From Candidatus Nomurabacteria bacterium (GTDB lineage Bacteria; Patescibacteriota; Minisyncoccia; Phycocordibacterales; UBA918), in the NCBI GenBank assembly GCA_020632155.1, contig JACKGE010000001.1, positions 92,011 to 156,010 of the forward strand: 64,000 bases of DNA. The letters are read 5' to 3'. This document shows positions 56,866 through 64,000 of this stretch, piece by piece. The first letter of the stretch is position 1. Each line of letters opens with the position of its first letter. The position numbers and the translations under genes are program-made. Under the pieces are notes generated by a model. That model had not been told where the DNA came from, made no database searches, and saw only the letters and a program-made list of their open reading frames with translations.

Positions 56866-58619
56866 TACAAACTGAGTGACACACTGAGACTACTAGTGGC
56901 ACTGACATGTACGTCGCTTACGACTTCACTAGTGTAACCCGGACTACTGACAGTTAATGTGTAGTCGTCTTCCACGTAAAGACCGCCAGCAAAGTAGGTC
57001 TGTCCGCACAGGCTCGTACTCTGTGTATCATCAACGCCAGTATTTTGTAGCCGCACAGTGGCGTTTGCGATCGGATCATTCGACGGATCAACTACTGTCA
57101 CATGAATGTGCGCCGCCACTGCGGAATCAAGGGTAAGTACTACTGTCTCGTCAGTATTAGGACTGAGGGCTACTGGCACAATTGGACACGCTTCAATGAT
57201 GTCATACGCTCCGGTACCCAATTCGATGTCATACGAATCAAACTCAATATCATTGAGCGCGTACTCACCGCTACCATTAGTACTACCGCTAAACACATTC
57301 TTGTAGACCGGCTGGGCCATGGCATCTGTGCCAATGGTCTTGGCTCCCGTTACGCTAATCGGTACACCAGTGATAGGGCTTTGGGTCTCAGTGTAGACGA
57401 TCTCCCAATCGGCCAGATACGGGGTCTCATCAGTGTCAGTGGTACTGAGTGTCGCGATAAGCGCAAGTGTGCCGTATGTCGCCACGTCAAGTGACTGCAG
57501 GTCGATACTTCCAGAAAAACCAGTGCTGTTGCCCGGCAGATCTCCGTCCGGTATGAGCTCAAGTGTGCCGGCATTGTCATACAGCACCGATACCGTTACC
57601 GTGGTCGACGTGGCTGTGGTAGCAGTGAAGTTCACCGCGTACCAGCTGTCGATAGTGCTTGGACTCGTTGTGGCACTTGTTACCGTACCGGAACCATAGT
57701 ACACACCGCCATTATCCATAATCTCGATCGCTCCCGCACTTCGAGTAGTGCTGCTATAGTCTGCGACCAAGGAATCGTCACTGAAGCTGTCCGCAAAGCT
57801 ACCGGTCGTTGGTAAACCGAGGGCCAAAATAGTCAGGTCACTAAGCTCATCTATTTGAAAGTTCATGGTCGAGACGGCGCTCTCGACCACTGCTACCGGC
57901 GGCGTGGTCGGATTCGGATTAGTGGTTGTGGCCACATACGTGCCATCAGTTGAATACCCGCTGCTGGTAACCGTAATTTCGTAGTTCGCGGCTGCTGGTG
58001 CACCGGCCAAATACGCAACGCCGTCGGCATTGGTATAGCGAGTAGTACTAATGGTGGTGGTAGTGGTGTCGTTATAGAAATACACTTCAGCACCTGATAC
58101 CGGCAATACGTTAGCATCAAACACGTTCACTTTGATGGTACCGCCGCCATCGGTAGTCTCAATTCCGACCGGAACAATATTGCTGACCAGCGACACTGAC
58201 TCGGTGCCGTCCCTACCCTGCCAACTGATCTCAACTTTGACTCGTTTGTAATCAGCCAAGATAGCATTCTCATCACTACCACCAAAACCATCAGCTTCAT
58301 CATCAACATACTCAATCAACACTCGCTGAGCGTAGGTGATGTTGTTAAGGGTGGTGGTGCTGTTTGGTTCGATCGCGCCGCTTGGAACACCACTTACCGT
58401 ACCCACATCGTTGTATGGTAGTGAACGAATGTATTCAAGCTCTTCCACTGCAAGTGCCGTCGCCCCCGCTTTGGCCTTACTGGTACCGATGAGTTCTAGC
58501 ATGTACTGCACGCTGACGAACAACGTACCAAACACCAATGTGATGACGGCGGACGCCACAATGAGCTCAATGAGTGAGAGGCCTCTTTGTTGCATCCGTA
58601 CTCGCATATGCATGATCAA
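56865..58619 (-). CDS. large type IV pilin-like protein (584 aa)
   Basis: prepilin motif QRG|LSLIELIVASAVITLVFG; Thr/Ser-rich beta domain. Confidence 0.6.
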   Translation of the reverse strand: MIMHMRVRMQQRGLSLIELIVASAVITLVFGTLFVSVQYMLELIGTSKAKAGATALAVEELEYIRSLPYNDVGTVSGVPSGAIEPNSTTTLNNITYAQRVLIEYVDDEADGFGGSDENAILADYKRVKVEISWQGRDGTESVSLVSNIVPVGIETTDGGGTIKVNVFDANVLPVSGAEVYFYNDTTTTTISTTRYTNADGVAYLAGAPAAANYEITVTSSGYSTDGTYVATTTNPNPTTPPVAVVESAVSTMNFQIDELSDLTILALGLPTTGSFADSFSDDSLVADYSSTTRSAGAIEIMDNGGVYYGSGTVTSATTSPSTIDSWYAVNFTATTATSTTVTVSVLYDNAGTLELIPDGDLPGNSTGFSGSIDLQSLDVATYGTLALIATLSTTDTDETPYLADWEIVYTETQSPITGVPISVTGAKTIGTDAMAQPVYKNVFSGSTNGSGEYALNDIEFDSYDIELGTGAYDIIEACPIVPVALSPNTDETVVLTLDSAVAAHIHVTVVDPSNDPIANATVRLQNTGVDDTQSTSLCGQTYFAGGLYVEDDYTLTVSSPGYTSEVVSDVHVSATSSLSVSLSL

Positions 58620-59842
58620 CCAATGCTGTCACTTAGTGAATAGATCGGGGCGATCATTGCGAGCGCAAAGAACCCAACTGTGCCACCGATCACAACCATA
58701 AGGAGTGGTTCGATGATGGTGGAGAGGTCCTTGGTCTTTTGTTCGACCTCGTTCTCGTAGAACGTAGCGAGTTGCTCGAGCATAGTCGATATCTGTCCCG
58801 TCTCTTCACCCACCATGATCATTTCACCCACAAAGACCGGATAGAGGTTCTCATGCGCCACAAATACCTCGGAGAGTGCGGTTCCTTTTTCCACCCGCTT
58901 CGCCGCTTCAGCAATAATAGGTTTGTAGTACACGTTCTGGACCACGTCCTCGGTTATGTTAAGGGCGCGAATAACATCAACACCGGAGCTAAGAAGTGAA
59001 GAAAGTGTACGTGACGTCCGAGCAGCGTTGGTCTCTTTGACCATAGTACCAATGACCGGCAAGCGGATGATAAGCCAGTGGAAAATGAGTTTGCCGATTC
59101 GGGTACGAAGTGAATATAAAAACGCAACCACGCCACAAACCATTCCCAGTAATACTACGATGGTGTGAGCGACCATAAAATCACTAATGGCAATGAGCAC
59201 CTTGGTCATGGTCGGCAGGTCAACCTCCAATTTCTTGAATGTTCCCGTGATCGACGGCATGACATAGATCATCATCAATACACCAATAATGGCCATGATG
59301 GTAAGAACGATCGCTGGGTATATCATTGCACCCTTGATCTTCTTTTTGAGGCTCGATGAACGTTCCATTTGGATCGAGAGGGTCTTTAGGGTATCAGCGA
59401 GCGAACCACTTTCTTCACCGGCCCTAACCATAGCAACGTAGAGGTCGTCAAAAATACTTTCGTGGTGGGCAATGGCTTCATTGAACTGTTCTCCTTTTTG
59501 AATGCGTTCACGAACGTCAGCGATAACACGGCGCAAACGTGCGTTACTACTTTGCCTCTCAATGACCGAAAGCGCCCGTGAGACCGGAAGGCCAGCTACG
59601 AGCATCGCGCCAAGGTTACGGGTCATTAAGACCATGTCGTCGGTCTTGATACGACTGGTGTAGTACTCGATGGTCTCAGCCTTGAAGATCTTACCAAGTG
59701 AAAAACGCTTCTTCTCTTTGATACTGTCAACCGTGTGACCGGCCTGACGGGCAATGTCATAGACCGCGTAGCGATCAGCCGCCTCTACTATCTCGGTTAC
59801 CTCGGCGCCGTCTGTATCTTTACCGGTGTACGTGAATTGCAT
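58616..59842 (-). CDS. pilC: type IV pilus assembly platform protein PilC (GspF family)
   Basis: 408 aa, two T2SSF repeats, 3 TM. Confidence 0.88.
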   Translation of the reverse strand: MQFTYTGKDTDGAEVTEIVEAADRYAVYDIARQAGHTVDSIKEKKRFSLGKIFKAETIEYYTSRIKTDDMVLMTRNLGAMLVAGLPVSRALSVIERQSSNARLRRVIADVRERIQKGEQFNEAIAHHESIFDDLYVAMVRAGEESGSLADTLKTLSIQMERSSSLKKKIKGAMIYPAIVLTIMAIIGVLMMIYVMPSITGTFKKLEVDLPTMTKVLIAISDFMVAHTIVVLLGMVCGVVAFLYSLRTRIGKLIFHWLIIRLPVIGTMVKETNAARTSRTLSSLLSSGVDVIRALNITEDVVQNVYYKPIIAEAAKRVEKGTALSEVFVAHENLYPVFVGEMIMVGEETGQISTMLEQLATFYENEVEQKTKDLSTIIEPLLMVVIGGTVGFFALAMIAPIYSLSDSIG

Positions 59843-59847
59843 ATGTA

Positions 59848-61593
59848 TTATTCGTTAATGACACGAAGGACCTCTTCAATAGACGTCACTCCTTGGGCGG
59901 CCTTGTAAATACCGTCTTCTAACATCGTAAGCATGCCTTCTTTTTTGGCGAGAGCCTCCACATCGTCTGACGTGCCGTCGTTCATCATTGACTCCTTGAT
60001 AGTAGGAGAGATGGTCAAGACCTCATGGATGCCGATCCGTCCTTTGTATGCACTATCATCGTCCATGTTCTTTGGTCTGAAAAAGGGGACGTTGCTCCAC
60101 GTCGCATCTTTCTTGACCACACCTTCGTCTTTAAGTACTGAGAGGACCTTATCGAGATCAACCTGCTTACCAAGCTCAGCTTTCTCGCTGGCAGAAAGCG
60201 TGTAACTCTCCTTAGCTTCACCCAAGCGACGAACGAGACGTTGGCCGACCGCAACACGCAGCGTCGAAGCCAGCAAGAAGGTCTCGACCCCCATATCAAC
60301 GAGGCGTGCCACAGTACCGGAAGCGGAGTTAGTGTGGACAGTAGCTAATACGAGGTGGCCGGTAAGCGCGGCGTTGATAGCGAGACTCGCTGTCTCTTGG
60401 TCACGAATCTCACCGACCATGATGATGTCTGGGTCCTGACGCATAAGCGAACGAAGGCCCGAAGCAAAGGTAAAACCAATCTCCGGTTTTACCTGCGTCT
60501 GATTGATACGCGGCATCTGGTACTCAATCGGATCTTCGATAGTAGAAATATTGACCTCAGGAGTATTAAGAAGGTCCAGAATGGTGTAGAGGGTGGTGGT
60601 CTTACCTGAGCCCGTCGGACCGGTTACGAGAATAATACCGGTAGTCTGCTTCATGGCGCTATGTACCCGCTCAAGCGAAGTACCGTGAAAGCCCATTCCT
60701 TCAAGGTTGAAACCGGAACGATTCTCGCGCAAGAGACGCATCACTACCTTCTCACCGAAGTAGATCGGTAGGGTTGAGACACGGAACGACACCTTCTGGC
60801 CATCCATCTCCATTTTAAAGCGACCGTCCTGCGGCAAACGTTTTTCGTCGAGCTTCAGGTTTGAGAGTACCTTAAGGCGCGCCACGATGGTTCCCGACGC
60901 GTGTTTTGGTAGCGTCATCGCGTCATGCAAAATACCGTCGATGCGGTACCGCACCACTACCTCTTTTTCCATTGGTTCAATATGAATGTCAGACGCACCC
61001 TGAATAATGGCGTGACGCAAAAGGGTGTCGACAATACGGACTACCGGCAGATCTTCAGCTAGTTTTTTAAGGTCCGCCTCGGACATTTCTTTGCCTTCTT
61101 CCTCAATCACTTTAAGCGCCGAGGACTCCTTCATGATGATGTCACCAAACTCGTCTTTAAGGGTCTTCTGGTACTGCAAGAGCGCGGTACGCATTGAATC
61201 GGTGTCCGTCAGGCGTGGCAGTATCTTAAGACCCACCTTTTTCTTTACAAAATCGATAGCTGGGAGGTCAGCTGTGTCGAGCATGGCTACCTCTAGCGTG
61301 CCCTCTTGTTTGCGAAAGGCAATAATGTTGTGATTACGGGCCACCGGTTCAGGAATGAGGGAGAGGATCTCAAAATCTATCTTCTGGTCTTTAAGGGAGA
61401 CAAATGGAATGCCGAGTACGTACGATTCAATTCGCCGTAGATCGTCTTCGGTCATAAACCCGCCAGCAATAAGCGCCTCAGCGAGGGTGCGCTCCTCATC
61501 TTTCGAAATTTTTTCGGCCGCAGTAAGGTCCTTCTTCGGTACCAACCCCGCGTCTACCACAAACCGTTTCAATTGTGCATCTTGTATTCGCAC
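59848..61593 (-). CDS. pilB: type IV pilus assembly ATPase PilB (GspE family)
   Basis: T2SSE_N + Walker A VTGPTGSGKTTTLY, Asp box, His box. Confidence 0.92.
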   Translation of the reverse strand: MRIQDAQLKRFVVDAGLVPKKDLTAAEKISKDEERTLAEALIAGGFMTEDDLRRIESYVLGIPFVSLKDQKIDFEILSLIPEPVARNHNIIAFRKQEGTLEVAMLDTADLPAIDFVKKKVGLKILPRLTDTDSMRTALLQYQKTLKDEFGDIIMKESSALKVIEEEGKEMSEADLKKLAEDLPVVRIVDTLLRHAIIQGASDIHIEPMEKEVVVRYRIDGILHDAMTLPKHASGTIVARLKVLSNLKLDEKRLPQDGRFKMEMDGQKVSFRVSTLPIYFGEKVVMRLLRENRSGFNLEGMGFHGTSLERVHSAMKQTTGIILVTGPTGSGKTTTLYTILDLLNTPEVNISTIEDPIEYQMPRINQTQVKPEIGFTFASGLRSLMRQDPDIIMVGEIRDQETASLAINAALTGHLVLATVHTNSASGTVARLVDMGVETFLLASTLRVAVGQRLVRRLGEAKESYTLSASEKAELGKQVDLDKVLSVLKDEGVVKKDATWSNVPFFRPKNMDDDSAYKGRIGIHEVLTISPTIKESMMNDGTSDDVEALAKKEGMLTMLEDGIYKAAQGVTSIEEVLRVINE

Positions 61594-61682
61594 AGTAGTA
61601 AAAAATTCCCAACGAGCTAAAGACCGCTCTTTGTAGTAATTGTAGCATTACTGTTGCTGCTAGTTTACGTTGGTTGCTCACA

Positions 61683-61717
61683 GAAAAAGAAAAAGGTCGA
61701 GGCTTTCGCGCTCGACC
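61683..61717 (-). terminator. terminator downstream of SleB-like gene (GGTCGAG-CGCGAAAGC-CTCGACC + T-run on minus strand)
   Basis: 7-bp stem, U-rich tail. Confidence 0.55.
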
Positions 61718-61810
61718 CTAGTCCCGATCTCACAAATGTGAATTTTGGGAAACTCCGCCGCGGACTTTCCAAAACTCACCGAATGAACTGTTTGATAGAG
61801 GGACATTCGG

Positions 61811-62470
61811 TTACGACACGTGGTCGCAATAGAAAATATGTGCTCCAACCTTTGCTTCTCGGTTCAACGTTGCGAACCAAGCCAAAGCCTTTTTGTTGGT
61901 GGTATAGTCGGCGCGGTAGCTGTGAGCACAAGTGCTCACCTCCGCACCGGCGGCGCGGTCGGCCAGAGCTTTATCAGCCACCGACAGCACCTGTTGCCAG
62001 TCCTTTATGTTTTTGATGTGATTCGGTTTCCCGTCACACATAAAGGAAAACTGGCACCGATTGAGTCGTTCTTCGCCTTGGCGAATCACTCCCTCAACCG
62101 TATTCGGCCAGCGTTTGTCAGTGACGCGGTTGAGGATAACTTCCGCCACCTTACGCTGACCTTCGTAGCTTTCGCCACGCGCCTCGAAGTAGATACCGAG
62201 GGCCAACCAGTAACGGTCGGACTCCTGCTCTACCCCGCTGCGGTCAATCGAACCGGTTGTGACCGGATCAACGGTGATGAAGCTGAGCGTACCCAGATCG
62301 GGAAACACCACTTCCTCAGCTGCGGGACGCGGTGTCGGCACCGGCACACTGGCCGCTACCGGAGCAGCTCGCTCCGGCCACAGGCCGAAGAACGAACCGG
62401 CGGCAACCAGCAGAGCTCCCGCTACAACCGCATTACAAAAAAAACTCAGTCCCCAGATACGCATTGCCAA
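61811..62470 (-). CDS. SleB/CwlJ-like cell wall hydrolase (Hydrolase_2) with signal anchor
   Basis: ...LALGIYFEARGESYEGQRKVAEVILNRV...CQFSFMCDG...; GC-rich. Confidence 0.7.
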   Translation of the reverse strand: MAMRIWGLSFFCNAVVAGALLVAAGSFFGLWPERAAPVAASVPVPTPRPAAEEVVFPDLGTLSFITVDPVTTGSIDRSGVEQESDRYWLALGIYFEARGESYEGQRKVAEVILNRVTDKRWPNTVEGVIRQGEERLNRCQFSFMCDGKPNHIKNIKDWQQVLSVADKALADRAAGAEVSTCAHSYRADYTTNKKALAWFATLNREAKVGAHIFYCDHVS

Positions 62471-62756
62471 TACTCCTTTACTTGCTTGGCATTACAGTTA
62501 CAGTTTGGACTCTCCCCTGTCCATTTACCATAATAGCATATTTTAAGTAAAAGTCAATATATTTTCTCTATAAAATGGCTCTAAATAAGGATTTAATTTA
62601 TTAAAATGACTATAAATGGCCCTTTGACACTTACTTTCCTGTACGGTACTATGTCCGTACTGACTGATAACGCTCGGCCTTTTGGCCGGGCGTTATCTGT
62701 TCAGCATTAACAACTAAAGACGTATACGTCTCACATATATTAAGTACATATATTTT

Positions 62757-64000
62757 ATGTTTGATCTAAAAGTAATAAATTCCGTACTGGGGGAACTCGA
62801 GGAGGAGCGTGGTATTCCCCGCGCGCGCATGATCGATGCTATTGAACAAGCGCTCGCTACAGCCTATAAAAAAGAATTTGGAAAGCGCGGACAAATTGTC
62901 CGAGCGCATTTTGATGAAGCAACTGGCACCACCATCTTTGAACAAGTGAAGATCGTCCTTGATGAGTCAATGATCAAAGAGGAGGATGAGCTAGAGGAAG
63001 GTGAAGAAGCGCCAGAAAGTGCCGAGGAGATGTCAGAAGGAGATGATAAGAAGGTTCGTTTTGATGAGGAGAAGCATATGATGATCGATAGTGCCCGCCT
63101 CATTAAAAAGGATGTACAGTCGGGCGAGGAACTGGTTTTCCCGCTTGAACCAAAAGATGACTTCGGTCGCATCGCCGCCCAGACCGCCAAACAGGTCATT
63201 ATCCAAAAGATCCGCGAAGCGGAAAAAGATGCTGCCCTTGAAGAGTTTGGACAAAAGGAAGGTGACATTGTTATGGGTCACGTGCAGCGTTTTGAACGCG
63301 GCAACCTCTACGTCGACCTTGGTCGCGTTACCGGCGCTATTCCGTATGAGGAGCAAATTCCTGGGGAACGATTTCGCCCCGGAGAGCGTATCCGCGCTAT
63401 CTTGCTCCATGTTGATGAGACCGCGCGCGGCATCTACTTACGCCTCTCACGTTCACACCCAGACTTCTTAGAGGCGCTCTTTACCATTGAAGCACCGGAA
63501 CTACAAAACGGTAGCGTAGAAGTAAAGGCCATTGCCCGCGAAGCTGGTAGCCGAAGCAAGATCGCGGTCTTTGCTAACGAAGAGCACCTTGATCCTGTTG
63601 GTTCACTCGTCGGTCAACGTGGTGTACGTGTATCGACGGTGATGAGTGAACTTGGTGGCGAGAAAATAGACATCATTGAATGGTCCGAAGACCCAGCTGA
63701 ATTCATTGAAGACGCTCTCTCACCAGCTCAAGTACTTGAGGTACGCATTGAATCGCAGCCGAACGAAGAGGAGGGTGAACGTGGTCACGCAGTGGTTGAA
63801 GTGGCGCCTGACCAGCAGTCCCTGGCTATTGGTCGCGGCGGTCAGAACGTACGCCTCGCTGCGAAGCTGACTGGCTGGAAGATAGATATTGTTTCCGCTA
63901 AGGGCGAAGAGCTAGCTGAAGCTGAGGGTGACGAGGTCATGGTTGCACCAGAAAGCACCGAAGGTGCTGATGTTGCTACTATTGAAGAAGAATCTGCCAC
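62757..64000 (+). CDS. nusA: transcription termination/antitermination factor NusA (3' partial, runs off window end)
   Basis: ATG 62757; MFDLKVINSVLGELEEERGIPRARMIDAIEQALATAYKK..., S1 domain GDIVMGHVQRFERGNLYVDLG, KH domains; no stop before window end so absent from ORF track. Confidence 0.9.
   Translation, partial: MFDLKVINSVLGELEEERGIPRARMIDAIEQALATAYKKEFGKRGQIVRAHFDEATGTTIFEQVKIVLDESMIKEEDELEEGEEAPESAEEMSEGDDKKVRFDEEKHMMIDSARLIKKDVQSGEELVFPLEPKDDFGRIAAQTAKQVIIQKIREAEKDAALEEFGQKEGDIVMGHVQRFERGNLYVDLGRVTGAIPYEEQIPGERFRPGERIRAILLHVDETARGIYLRLSRSHPDFLEALFTIEAPELQNGSVEVKAIAREAGSRSKIAVFANEEHLDPVGSLVGQRGVRVSTVMSELGGEKIDIIEWSEDPAEFIEDALSPAQVLEVRIESQPNEEEGERGHAVVEVAPDQQSLAIGRGGQNVRLAAKLTGWKIDIVSAKGEELAEAEGDEVMVAPESTEGADVATIEEESA

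Overview
The window is dominated by minus-strand translation and housekeeping genes. The S10-spc-alpha ribosomal protein superoperon is broken into blocks: rpsJ | rplC-rplD-rplW-rplB | rpsS-rplV-rpsC-rplP-rpmC-rpsQ-rplN-rplX-rplE | rpsN-rpsH-rplF-rplR-rpsE-rplO-secY. No rpmD (L30) lies between rpsE and rplO. tuf and fusA are present, but rpsL-rpsG sit about 12 kb away from fusA. Also present: infC-rpmI-rplT; an ndk-map-adk-gmk-cmk nucleotide kinase cluster; phosphoketolase plus acetate kinase; pgk and tpiA; recJ, rnhA and sodA; comEC split into two genes; a type IV pilus operon (pilB, pilC, pseudopilins); nusA (3' partial); and a 5'-truncated SET-domain gene at the window start.

The accessory parts contain: (1) a compact stand-alone reverse transcriptase with a structured 3' non-coding region and a small membrane protein partner, the best candidate for a novel retron/DRT-like defence module; (2) a family of palindromic heptamer-repeat elements (TAGGTTA / ACCUA repeats) placed immediately 5' of the start codons of rpsC, rplV, rpsJ and secY, while non-translation genes use classical GGAGG Shine-Dalgarno sites; (3) non-ribosomal insertions inside the ribosomal operons (a NADAR/YbiA-like gene, membrane proteins, an opposite-strand islet); (4) a higher-GC islet between tuf and fusA encoding a LapG-like transglutaminase-like cysteine protease; (5) small hydrophobic peptide ORFs with strong RBS that look like type I toxins; and (6) several perfect long palindromes, including a duplicated 22-bp core flanking a YerC/TrpR-like regulator gene.

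No rRNA, tRNA or CRISPR array was recognised. Gene content (phosphoketolase fermentation, missing L30, split comEC, type IV pilus) suggests a Patescibacteria/CPR-like organism; this is inference only. Internal start coordinates were derived arithmetically from the ORF track and may be off by a codon in places.
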